Shown: one piece after another, positions 11,562 through 28,009 of the stretch
Layout: the number at the start of each line of letters is the position of its first letter
Position numbering within the stretch: the stretch's first letter is position 1
NCBI GenBank assembly: GCA_009103225.1
Contig: RHPI01002503.1
Coordinates: forward strand, 935,585-999,584
Length of the DNA: 64,000 nucleotides
Direction: 5' to 3'
From: Chlorokybus atmophyticus
Lineage: Eukaryota; Plantae; Mesostigma and Chlorokybus algae
Notes under the pieces: generated by a model
The model's database searches: none
Told to the model about the DNA's origin: nothing
The model's input: only the letters and a program-made list of their open reading frames with translations
Made by a program: the position numbers and the translations under genes

Positions 11562-14500
11562 TCAAAACAGCTCAATGTACCGGTTTCCTATCGTGTCCCT
11601 GTTCTTCTTGCGCACGGCGTTGCGTGCCTCCTCTGCGCTGTCAAAAGTCACTGAGGCTTCACCACTAGGGCTGCCATCTGCCCGCGTGCGCAGCTTAATT
11701 GAATCCGGGATGACGGAAAAGTCTTTGAAGAACTCCATTATGTCGCTGACCTGGCATGTTCGCACACATGGAAATTAGCAAAGAAACAACCACAAGGCCA
11801 CAACTCTGTCTATCCTGCACAGCACGTTCATCATGCTGGTTGTCTGCTGCCATCTGGCTTTGTGAATTACCGTGCAACGGTAAGGTAGACCTCGCATGCG
11901 CACAGTGGCTTGAGACTCATCCATCCTTTGCGAGCCCCCTTGGTAACGCTGACCTCTCCCGCCTCCCTGGGGCCCCCAGGCCTGAGCAGCCATCTGCATT
12001 TGATACTGCGCCATGGCCGGATCTATCCCCATGGGCGTTGGCGGCATGCCCTGTGAACACGCCACACAGGTCATGCTTGTTGTCTTCTGATCAACTCGCG
12101 CAGTTATCAAGTACACATAACTCTGTCTACTATTGCAGCCATAGGCACCTGCTGCTGCATCATTATGACCATGTTTGGATCCATCACTGGCACCATCCCT
12201 GTTGCACCTATGGCCGCCAGCATCTCGCTGCAGACCACCAAAACTGGTGAGCCAGTAACTTCTGGCAAGCAAAAATATATGCGGGTGAAATAGGCACCTT
12301 TTTGAGGATCGAAAGATCTCCACATATCTTGACCCAACGTTCTTCCGGTCTCGTTCTCTCAAAGCACGCTGCAGGTACAAGAAATGTTACGGTATTTCCC
12401 ACAAAGACAACAATTTACTTGTAAAAATCTGGTAGCCAAACTTTCTGCCCTGCAACCATACCGCTGCTTCAGCCGGAGACACAAACTCTGCAAATGCTTC
12501 TCCCGTCGGTCTACCCTCGCCCCTCCCTTCATAACTGCTATACACCTGTAGGCAGGACCAGCGAGTTTGTTCAGGTGGCGCACTACAGTGTGTATGCTTT
12601 GCAGGCATAACAACACACACAGCACATTCACAGTTGTATGCAAGCTCGGCACAGCGTATTGTTGACAGCTCTGGAAGTACCGCGCGCAGGACGTGGTGAG
12701 CAACTTACCAACTGAATGCCATTCATCACGACGCCGTATCCCTCAAAAAACGCTGCCAGATCCATCTGCAAGGTCACGAGTATTTGAGCCACGTATCGTT
12801 GCAAACAACGACATCAGCAGGAACTGCAACTTACTAAGCACGATGTTTCTTTCACACAGACATGTTGTGAATCTCACAAAGTTTTTAATTGCATACCTCT
12901 GTTGCAGAGAATGGCAGTCCCCTCAGTTTGAGAACTGCGTTCTCCCCGCCAACCCCACTTACACCTGGTGCCATCATGCCTGGCCCCATTGCAGGTACCT
13001 GCAAGATGCCATCAAAAAAAAAGTGTTGCAGTTGAAGTTACAGCTGAAGTTAAGTTTTCCATATCGAAAATAGCAGCACATTGATGCCTCCTTCACTTGT
13101 TCGGACACTGCAAAACATGCAACAAGACAGATACTCAAAAGTGGGTTAACAAGTATACTCCCGGGCGTGACTTACACACCTGACCTGCACCATAAGTCAA
13201 CTGGCTAGCACCATAAGCAGCTGGTGCAGCCCCGCGCTGGCGCATCGCTTCAAGCATATCCCCTTTATTGCTTCTGAAAACCTCTATGTACCTCTGCAAT
13301 ACCAAGAGTGAGCATTTCTATCCACTCAACACAATGCTGATATTCGCACCAACCAGTTGTCCGACCAGGGCTGTGCAATAAAACAACACTGCTGAACCAC
13401 GAGTATTGCATGCAGCATCACTTACACTCCCAATGCGCTGCATGTGTCTAGACACACTGGCATGCGCGTGGTCTTCAGATGAAAACTCGACATATGCCTG
13501 ATAACAGCAGCAGCAGTGGTCAGTCCCGCCGGCATCACCCCTGCCAAGTGGTGAACACCAAGTACCACACGCACCTCCCCGCTAAATCTACCATCTGGTG
13601 TTGTGAGAAGGTAAATGCCATCTGGTACTATCTCCAGCCCCGAGAAAAAGTTGTAAACATCGGCGAGAGTTGCACTGGCAGAATCCCATCAGAATGAATC
13701 AGCAATTGCAGCATTGTGCGATAGAATTTGCATGGTGATGATGCAGACCACACACCTGTAGGGAAGACCCCGCATGCGCACTACACCTTCATAGGCAGGA
13801 TCAGGATGGCCTGCTGCCACATAGCCGGCAGCGGTGCTGCTTGAGGTGCTGACTGCTGCACCCGGCCGCGGTGAGTAACCTCCCCGCTTTGCCGCATGCT
13901 GTACGTTGGTTGAGAATAGGGTTATAATGGTTTCATCATCTTTTTGCAGTACTACATAAGCGAAAGGACATTGCAAACCTGCATGTCGCCATGTGAGCTG
14001 CGGAACACTTCAACATAACGGCGGCCCATCATCTGCCTGCAAGCACATTTTGCATATTGACTACTGGGGCAACACAGCTGCAAAAAGGAACACAGGCATT
14101 GGTTTAAACCTGTTTCTTTCAACTGCACTTGCGACATCCTGCTCGTTTGCAAACTCAACAAACGCCTCGCCAGTTGCACGACCTGTGACACATGGCCACC
14201 ATGTCACCTCAACCTGAACCTGATCCTGCAATATGCAATTAACAAGCACACAGTCACCTTGAGCAGTAACGCCTAAGATGATACCATTTGGCACTATCTC
14301 CAGCCCCTTGAAGAACTCCATGATGTCCTCCTCGGTCGCAGAGTAGGGCAAGCCTCTCAGCCGCACAACGTGAAGATGCCTGCTTGAACAAACAGAAGCG
14401 GTTGGCCACGAGTGCGTGTCTTGTTTATCCGACTTGCAGGTGTATTCTAAGTGAAATGTCAGGCGCGTTCAGTTGTCACAGCATTGCTCTTCACCTGTCA

Positions 14501-16488
14501 AATGACCCACGCCGGTCTGCACCGTTCATAGTGTACGTTTGAGGCAACCCAAACTTCTCTCGCGCAGCTAGCGCAGCAGATGTAGCAGCTGGGTCCATTT
14601 CCACGTCCTCTTTGTCGGGCCGCCGAAACACGTGGCCTGAATATTTCAAATATATGGTTACTGTCCATTCTTACCAAGTAGTAAGCATACTGGATCAAAC
14701 ACTGCAGCCACTGCCCTTTTGTTTACGCGCGTGCATGATGGTATGTGGGGGGGGGCGCGTTCAGTTGTCACAGCATTGCTCTTCACCTGTCAAATGACCC
14801 ACGCCGGTCTGCACCGTTCATAGTGTACGTTTGAGGCAACCCAAACTTCTCTCGCGCAGCTAGCGCAGCAGATGTAGCAGCTGGGTCCATTTCCACGTCC
14901 TCTTTGTCGGGCCGCCGAAACACGTGGCCTGAATATTTCAAATATATGGTTACTGTCCATTCTTACCAAGTAGTAAGCATACTGGATCAAACACTGCAGC
15001 CACTGCCCTTTTGTTTACGCGCGTGCATGATGGTATGTGGGGGGGGGCGCGTTCAGTTGTCACAGCATTGCTCTTCACCTGTCAAATGACCCACGCCGGT
15101 CTGCACCGTTCATAGTGTACGTTTGAGGCAACCCAAACTTCTCTCGCGCAGCTAGCGCAGCAGATGTAGCAGCTGGGTCCATTTCCACGTCCTCTTTGTC
15201 GGGCCGCCGNCCTTGCCATTGGCAATTAGCTTCTCATTTGGTTCGCTTGTGAGTCCCAGAACTGTAGCATGTCAAGGACCCCAGCAGATGCATTTGTGCA
15301 ACTGACAAAACGCATTGAGATGGATACACTCCAGCATAGCCTGCAGCGAGTTGACTTGCGGAGGAGCTTGCGGGTAGCATATCCTGAACTCCGCAATGAT
15401 GTTGATATACTGCCCATAATGAGGGGCCAGACTAATCTCTGCAGGAAAATGAAGATTAGAGAGGGGTAAAACTGGGTGCATGCATGCAGTCGTGACACAC
15501 TTCTTACACCACTGCTCAGACCTTTCCCAGATGCTTCCGGCCGAAGCAACTCGTGCATTGGTGCGGATGTGGCTGTGTCGCCGCACGGTGTCAGCAATGC
15601 AAAGAACAAAATCTTGCCACAATGATGCCAACGTATCAAGGAGCGCAGAGAGGCAATGTGCACAACATGCATATGCATGTGTCAACCACTGCTACGGTGA
15701 GCAATGCTGGCTCACTGCCGGCACACCTGTCGCGAGGCTGAAAGACTTTGGTCCGAAGCTGCTGTACAAGTAGTTGTCCAACTGCACAGCAACACGCATT
15801 CATTGTTAATATGCAGCACAACAAACCAGACATACATATGCAACAACCCTCCCCACTTACCTGCTGCACGGTTTCATGCAACGAGCCTGCATTCAGCAAT
15901 GCAGGATCTTGGGTCCGTATCCAATCCGGCCTCACTAAAAGCTGCTTCTGGTCGACCATAGATGCTGTCTGCATGTCCACAACGCCCCAAGAAACACACC
16001 CAATCTCGCGCAACCCCGTATCATCTTGAGTAGCCTCCAAGTCCAATACAACAATGTAGTCTGCAAGCAAGGTAACCCACATTGGTGCCATCATCGCAGA
16101 CAAGCCAGCGACCTGCCTGCAGCCTTCTGCTGTAAAAGATGACGAACGAGCAACTGACATGTGCAGTTCTTGCTGGTAAGACTGTTGTCACACAGCACAA
16201 TGCATGACCATCCCAAGCAAGAAAACATACAAGTCTCTCAGTGTCAACGCAAATAGCTGTCGCAAGCTGTTGGCAACAGCTGTAGCACCATGCGTCGCAT
16301 CGGGATTGACGCACAACACTTGTCTTGCCAGCTAACATGTCGCAAACCATGCTAATACACCGTAATCGTGCAACGTAGCGTTAACGGTAGTGTCAAGCAA
16401 CGCGACACAATGCACTGGCGAAGAATATGCTCGCACCTAATCCGGCCAAGTCCGCTGGCGCTCCGGCCACAGAGGCGGCCGCAGCCAT
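11562..16488 (-). CDS. ESRP/Fusilli-like RNA-binding protein: N-terminal DnaQ/DEDD-like exonuclease domain plus four quasi-RRMs (hnRNP F/H type)
   Basis: ATG 16488 (MAAAASVAGAPADLAGL) splices in phase to DYIVVLDLEAT...LLVRPD, then SFSLAT, LLRPEASGK, EFRICYP, GHVFRRPD. Four qRRMs begin RLRGLPYS, RMRGLPYS, KLRGLPFS and RMRGLPYR, each ending in an RY[IV]E[VIL]F motif. TGA at 11562. Confidence 0.85.
14462..15209. repeat. Tandem repeat, 292-bp unit, about 2.6 apparently identical copies (starts 14462, 14754, 15046), each carrying an exon of the ESRP-like gene; ends at a single N (15210)
   Basis: Direct comparison of the copies; exon 14495-14636 encodes GHVFRRPDKEDVEMDPAAT...RRGSFD. Confidence 0.95.
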
Positions 16489-16738
16489 GCTACCCGGCGG
16501 CGCACAGAAAGGCGGTGGAGCTACCTCACCGCATACGCTCCGTCCTCCTCAGGGGCGCCCGCCCCGCCCCTGCATGGCGCCAAGAGCACCGCCACCGCCG
16601 CCCAGCCTCCCGCCGCCGAGAGCTACTACACAGCCGTAGCTGCCCCTTACGATACCCGTTTTTTCGCCATGCAAAATACCCACCAACAAACAGAGAATAT
16701 CGGACTTGGTATCCAAATGGTAACTTACGCGATACTTG

Positions 16739-16746
16739 AAACCCTA
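16739..16746 (+). promoter_or_regulatory. Telo-box-like AAACCCTA in the divergent ESRP-like/Rab2 intergenic region; others at 24911, 25102 and 62083
   Basis: Exact motif seen; function inferred from land-plant telo-boxes. Confidence 0.35.
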
Positions 16747-17014
16747 GATACCAGCGGGGAAAACGGCCTTCCGTGGTGAAGTTGCCACCTCAGCTGACGC
16801 GTGGCAGTTGTGGGCGGGATCGGCGGCGTGGGCGGCGGCAAGGGCGGCGGAGAACGGCTTCTGGTTGGAAAGTTTGGTTCTGTTGAGGTGGCGCTTGGTG
16901 GAGGAGCCTTGCTTGGGGCATTCCTTGGACTGCTTGGCACCTGGGTGCGGGTACAGTCGTGCTGGGGTTTGAGGAGGTCGTCGTTCCCCCTACCCGGAGC
17001 CACCAGCGGCAGCC

Positions 17015-18668
<1,654 letters not shown>

Positions 18669-20755
18669 TCTTGTAGATAGTTATCTGTACATGTGTTTAG
18701 TTTCAAGTTCCAATGCCAACACCATGCATCTCCTCTGACATTCAACCCCCTGCTTGAGGTGGTAGTTCGCATCTTGCTTATCTGGAAGCTCAGGTAGATG
18801 ATGTCAGAGCACTTAGCGTAACTTGGCACGCATAACTTCTGCATACAGCAGTTTTATGCATTGTAGACAAGGTTTATTGATGCAACAACGCGTTTGTTTT
18901 CATGCCAGTGGTGGTGAACTGCAGATGTGGTTTGCTCCTGGGCGCATCCATTCCTTGGATGTCGTCCATGATTTCTTCAAAGGCGTTGTGCAGTGGGCAG
19001 GGGTGCCTGGATTGCACTTTGGTAGTTTGTTGCCATGCTACAGCACAGTGACTGAGATGTGGTGGTGAAATGGTGATGTGAAGTGGTGTGGTGCTTTGGT
19101 CATGTTATGTGGTGTGGTGCGTTGCTGGTGGTGGTGTGTCGTGTGTTGCTAGGTATGTTGACAGCGAGTGTACCCGGATTATATATTGTATGTCACATGT
19201 ATGCATGTAGAGTAATGTGGGTGATGTGCCAGAACTTGCTGTGAGGCCCTCCCATGAAAAACAGTACTGTACTCGCATGTTTTCTGATCACATACAATGA
19301 GAGCAACACGAGTGCAACGCCTTGGCCGTGTCTGTAAAGCACTCACCCTCGCCCAACGTACAGTAGCACAGCATCACATTGCACACCCGCCCTGCTCCTA
19401 CCTTTGCTGCCAGTTGCTGCTGTGCTACCTCTACATCCTCCACGCTCTCCTCGTGGGCCTCTGGCGTCTGTGCCTAGGTCTGCTTGCCCAACAACTCTGC
19501 CTGCTCCTCACCACCCCGTTGCATTTACTTAGTTACAGCACTTACTTAGTTACGAGCCGCTGTGGTTATAAATTGCCTTGTGCTTGTGTGCATGCTGGTG
19601 GACTATGTGCTTGAGTGTGCTTGAGTGTGCGTCTTGCATCAGATTCACGGACAGTCTATACAGTATTATTGATTGATGATGTCATTTCAGCAATGGCAAG
19701 TCACGTACTGTCTCTTGTGGCACTCTGAGCTGGCAGACGATGTGGTGCATGTGCACAAAGTGGTGTTGAGTACAGGGTGGTCCATCTCTCTCTCTCTCTT
19801 ATACATGAACCACATGCAAGGAGGAGGTCCATCACGCATGCTGAGAGAAGGCATCTGAACATGCGCTCTCTGTTGCTCTCTCATTACAAATACAGCCAAC
19901 GTGTGTGTTCATTCAGCTGCTTGCATGCCAGCGATGCACATATGCAACCATCCGCACACAACATGCGAAACAACACGTCACATATCCTATTTCAAGCATA
20001 CACTATGTTTTCACATTTTCTACTGCCAGGCTATCTGTCCACTCTCACTGCACTACCCCTAGCATGCACAGCCCCCAACCAGCAGTTGCTGTAATACCTG
20101 CGACAACATTGGTGAGTACACGTGTTGATAACGTAGTTGAAAGAAACATGTTCGTGCACGTCTCCGTTGTGCACAGCTGCCTCATACAGAGGTAAGTATG
20201 TGCCATTCAACTTGTTTGCGTCCATCTGCTCTTCAGTCCCGCAGCAACCAATTGTGCAGGCAAGCGTAAACTAAGCACTGGAAGGCACCGCATTGCAAAA
20301 GCTCGCCATGCAAGGTCGATTGACATAGTGTAGCATTTGACACTGCCTTTTGCTGTGAAGCTAGCCACTCACTCACTCACTCACTCCCGTGTGACCGTCT
20401 CAACTTTCTTCATAGAAATAGTTGTGATGACAATCAGTATGACCTGCGTTGGTTGCAGCGCAGAATAAGTGCTTGCACCTGTCTTCGCACGCGCCACCCG
20501 CACACGTTCTCCTGAGCTCAACATTAAGTAGCTGGCTTCTGCATGCAAGAGTGCCCGCCTTGCTGCCCCCATGCATTCAGCACTTGGACACTGGCCCCGG
20601 CTCTCAGTGAGGCTGCAGTGTCCATCTCTTCACCCCCAATTATGGCTTTATGTTGGAGACTGGCCTCAGGGGCACACATTGTGACTCACTTGCTGTGCAA
20701 TGCACAGTGTGCATGCACAACAAACTCAGCACGTACTGGGTAGTGAGGCGCAGTC

Positions 20756-22307
20756 ATGGCGAGGGCGGCGGCGGCGGCAGGGGCAGGGGCAGGGGCGCCG
20801 CTGGGGTGGCGAGCAAGGCTGGCGTGCGCGTGGTTCTTGCTAGATGGCGCCACGCACCTGGGGCTGGAGGGGCTCTACCTCCTGCTCGCCTTCCGAGGGG
20901 GCGCCGCCCACCCCCGACACGACTCCTGGCCTGCCGCCTTCCCATGGCGAGAATACGCCAAAGCAGACACCAGGTACGTTTGCATTCGCCGTCTTTGTGT
21001 TAACCGCAAGATCTGCTCAATGCATATGACCACAAGTGCATGTTGCTACAACTTCATCTTATCAACTGTGCCACCATGCTCAGACGTTCATTGCATGCTC
21101 ACATCCTTCCTTGCTTGCAGTACTATTTTGCATGCACGCTTGCTTTTGTACAATGTCTTGTGCAATTATGCACATGCTCGGAACACAACATCCGCACGTC
21201 ATGCTTGGTTGCATAGATCTCGCTGCCCTGCCCCTTAGTCTCTAGGTGAAGTACAGCACTTGCCCACAAGAAGAAGCATGCTGGCAAAACGTTTACTACT
21301 CCTGAACGCATCAACTTCCTGCTTAAACACCCACACACGTGCATGCGGCTTATCTGCTGCAGTCTCCCCATATGCCTCTGTCATGGGGTCCAACATTGTA
21401 TGAAGTGGAGTTCACGCACCAGTTTGTTTGTAGCCTCTGCGAACCTCTTCATTCACATCCCCTTGAAATGTTTTTGAATGCGCGCGTGCGTGTGTGCATT
21501 ATGCAGGTGGGGTGTGCGGGACCCGACAGTGATGTCATTGGAGCTGTTGACGGTGCTGCTCTACGGGCCACTATGCCTGTACACTGCCCACGCTGTTGCG
21601 CGCCGAAAACCGTACCGCCACTTTCTCACTGTCTGCATCTGCGTTGGGGTAAGGACGCTGTCACGCCGCATTGTCGCATGTTACTTAGTATAGAGTTGTG
21701 TCTGTATAGAGCTGTGTCTTAGAAAAACTCAAGCTCAAGCTGATCTGCATCCAGCATACTGCTATGGGGCAGTTTGCATCTCTGCTGAGGTCTGGAACAG
21801 TGTATGAAGCAGGCAGTGAGTAGACTCCCATACTGGTACGCATGTCCATGTGCACCCGCATGCACGTCAAAGCACACACCCACACAAGCTACACGTCAAT
21901 GTGCACATCCACGCATACGCGCGCACCCACACGCACACATGCCCACTCCTATCTGTAAGCAGGAGTTGTACGGTGGATGGATGACTTTCTGCCCAGAATG
22001 GTTGACGGGCTCACCGTCATTAGTCACATCCGACCCCGTTTATCTGTGGGTGTATCTGGTCTTCATGAACATGGTGTGGGTGGTCATCCCGGGCGCGCTG
22101 CTGGCTGACTCGGGCGCGAAGATCATTGACGCGTGCGAGAGAGCCAAAGTGGAGAGGTTCGATGATAACCCCAACTTGCCTGGCAAAGGCACTTGGCTGT
22201 ATCAAATAGTTTTTGTCACACTGGTAGCGTACGCTGTCCTTGTGCCTGTTGTACTCATTTACGCTAGTGCGGGTAAAGCTAGCAACAGCTCATTACACAT
22301 AGCCTGA
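20756..22307 (+). CDS. EBPL: Emopamil-binding protein-like (EXPERA domain, sterol delta8-delta7 isomerase family); exons 20756-20973, 21507-21648, 21963-22307
   Basis: WFLLDGATHLGLEG, WREYAKADTRW, SLELLTV, ELYGGWMTF, LWVYLVFMNMVWVVIP. Confidence 0.88.
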
Positions 22308-22368
22308 TGAAGATTATTATTAGACCAATGATAGAAATAGCAAAGGTTAACAACAGAAGGTATGTACG

Positions 22369-24394
22369 TCATGGGAGGTAGTCGTCGTCTCGGCATATTG
22401 GCGCGGTTATGCTTAGTGTCTCTGCGGCTTTGTCCCACTTCGCTGAGCCCCTTTTGCAGTCTACTTTGTGTGGCAGTGGCAACGATAATCGGCTGCACCA
22501 ATTACACAAACAGCTTGTAGTGAGCAGGAGAGCAGGTGAGATGTATGTGTATGTGTGCTACATAAGCAGTATGCAGGGCGTACTATGAGGGTGAGAGGAG
22601 CCGTAGGTGCGTGTCTGTGACATCCAAGTCAAGTTCCGACATCGCCTTTGTGCCCGGTAATGACAAGCGAACAAGTAACTCCTCACAACAGTGCGTCGAC
22701 GGGTCTTTACCAGCCTGCGCCAAAGTGCGTGTGTTTGAACAACACAAGCCAAACACATTTGCTGTGCTGTTGGGCGGCGCAGAAAAACTGACTGCGTGTG
22801 TGCGTGCATGCGCGCGCGCGCGCGCGCGTGAGCGCGCGTGTGCTTGTCTGCGTACCAGCCCTAGGTATGCGTCTTGAGCTGAAACCGCTTGCTTGTACAG
22901 GAACTCATACCTGCCGCGATGGCACATTGGTTTTGTTGCAACTCATGTGTGGTGCATGAGTAACGTGTGTGTGAGGAGGGGCAGAGGCTGATGAGCAAAT
23001 CAACCACCAGCAGGAGTGCAAAACTCAGAGGATGCGCATGCATCTGAATCACTGTATGGAGATTTTTGCTGCTTGAGCGCAGCAAAACTGCTCTCACTCT
23101 GAGACAACTGAACCACTCTATGCACAGCGTGCTGGTCCTGGACAACGTTACACGCTACCATTGTGAGCGAATCTACGCAAATGAACACACGGTGTTTGTT
23201 ACTCACTTTGGCCTGCGGCGGTCATCGTACTCGTCATCCACGTCAAGGCTGTCCGCGGGTACTTCCCCCTCATCCCAGATGTCCCTCGCCCCGAGCCTAC
23301 GCGCTGCACATACAACCCACTCTTTTGCACGTTGCTTGTTGTGGCAGTCTGTTCTCTTCCTTGAGCCACTCAAACATGCTGTTCCAAAGATGAAAAGTGT
23401 GCAACTGACCCTTGGGCAGCTCCTTCTTTGCGCGCGCTGCGGCCGCGGCTGGCGTTGGACCTGATGCAATGATTGTGGCTGGAGTGGGCTTGTCGTCCTG
23501 TCGTGCGTGTGTTCCACATTACTTGTTGCACAACTGTGTCAGTCACTCACTACGCTGCTGATAAGCTGTTGACGGGAGTGAAGTTTGCATGGAACAGTGT
23601 GCTAGCTCCGAGTGTGCGAACCGCGTTGGTTGTTTCACAACTGAACGAAGGGAGAAGGGTGGTTCATATGTGCACACAAGCGCGTGTGCACATATGGACA
23701 TACGTGCGTGTGCGTGTACATCTGTGCATGCGTGCGTGTGCTTGCACGTGTACGTTCGGGNNNNNNNNNNNNNNNNNNNNNNNNNNNNNNNNNNNNNNNN
23801 NNNNNNNNNNNNNNNNNNNNNNNNNNNNNNNNNNNNNNNNNNNNNNNNNNNNNNNNNNNNNNNNNNNNNNNNNNNNNNNNNNNNNNNNNNNNNNNNNNNN
23901 NNNNNNNNNNNNNNNNNNNNNNNNNNNNNNNNNNNNNNNNNNNNNNNNNNNNNNNNNNNNNNNNNNNNNNNNNNNNNNNNNNNNNNNNNNNNNNNNNNNN
24001 NNNNNNNNNNNNNNNNNNNNNNNNNNNNNNNNNNNNNNNNNNNNNNNNNNNNNNNNNNNNNNNNNNNNNNNNNNNNNNNNNNNNNNNNNNNNNNNNNNNN
24101 NNNNNNNNNNNNNNNNNNNNNNNNNNNNNNNNNNNNNNNNNNNNNNNNNNGCGGGGGGGCTGCGTGTCTGTGTCTGTGTTTGTGTCTCTATCTGTGCGTT
24201 CGTGCGTGCTATGTGACTGGCGATGGACCTTGATGTTGCAAAGTCCCCGTATGTGTCAGTCTCATGGATCGATTGCTTGATTGCCAGATACCCAAAAACA
24301 AAAGAACGCATTCCCCTACCAGATGATCTGATTGGTCATCGTGGCCTGGTGGCGCCAGAAGCTTTGCCAACGCTTCCACTGATGCAAAATCCAT
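22369..24394 (-). CDS. DNAAF6: Dynein axonemal assembly factor 6 (PIH1D3/Twister); spans an assembly gap
   Basis: MDFASVEALAKLL, DIWDEGEV, PKYEFLYKQAVSAQDAYLGL, KDPSTHCCEELLVRLSLP, ELDLDVTDTHL, YRLSLPLPHKVDCKRGSAKWD; downstream exon phases consistent. Confidence 0.9.
22795..22842. repeat. Intronic (TG)/(CG)n tract including about (CG)8
   Basis: Seen directly. Confidence 0.9.
23761..24150. other. Assembly gap (390 N)
   Basis: Run of N. Confidence 1.
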
Positions 24395-25448
24395 TATTGC
24401 CACCTCACCGACACACAAACGCACTACCTTGAGCTCAACTTCTCTGCCTACACACTGTGCAGTGTCCACTGCTCTGCTTACACACTCCCTTTGGGCAGGC
24501 GGTTGTTGACTCTCCACAACAACAAGTTGTTGTTGTGGAGAGTCAGCAAGCGTAACCCATACACACCCTGCATCGTAATGACGATACCTGTGGTCTCTAA
24601 GATACATCAGCGCGGGGGCGTGATACCCTTGCTCCGGTATCGGAACGTGCCGAATTATTGCAGCAGCCCATTGTCATGCATAGTGTCGCTGCGTCGCGTT
24701 ACATGACGCGTAGCGGACGGCGCTAACGGCGCTTTGACAATTCCACCGTTCGAGCAATACCGGTCACAACTCCGACAGCAAGCGAGGGCTGACCTGCCGA
24801 GGTGGCCAAAACTTCGGCTGACGAGTACTTATGACCGGTGGGTGTGCATGCCTAAATTGGTGCGCCGTTCGGTTGCAAGGGTGGTGGTTAAACTTGGCTA
24901 ACTACGGAATTAGGGTTTTGATACTGAGGCAGAGGCGGCCTCAGCTGCGGCAGTGGCGGCGGTGGTGGCGCGGAGGGGGGTGGGGACGCGGGCGGCGGCG
25001 GTTGTGGCTGCGGCTGCTGTGGAGGGGGAGGTGTGCCGTTGCCACCAAAGGGTTTTGCCTGCCCGCGCGAGCAGCTAGGCGTCGTAGAACACCGCTGTTG
25101 TTAGGGTTTGAGCGCTTGCCGCTGGGGATACCGCTCAGCTTGGAGGGCGGCTTTGAGGGGCGGCTCGCTCTCTTCCTCTCTCTTTGCTTACTTTTGTGGG
25201 CTTCTGAGGCCTGATTGCCGTTGACGGTATGCTCGGTGTCGGCGTGGGCGGCAGGGTTGTTCTTGTGGTCTGACGGCGAGGAGCGCCGGATCGGACGCCA
25301 TGGAAGCCAGCATTGCCCTTGTCCCGGCGCTGTGCCGCAACCTGGCAGGCTAGCACGCACTGAAGCAGGGTTATAGCACGGTGCTGCTGTACCAGCTGCG
25401 TCCGGCGGCTGTTTGCGAGATCAGCAGTTCAGTGCTCTTGACACTACC

Positions 25449-28009
<2,561 letters not shown>

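Noticed and set aside
14462-15209. CRISPR-like or satellite array
   Set aside because: Units are 292 bp with no spacers and contain an exon; the context is eukaryotic.
19297-20740. Short ORFs between Rab2 and EBPL
   Set aside because: Stops in all plausible frames and no recognisable homology.
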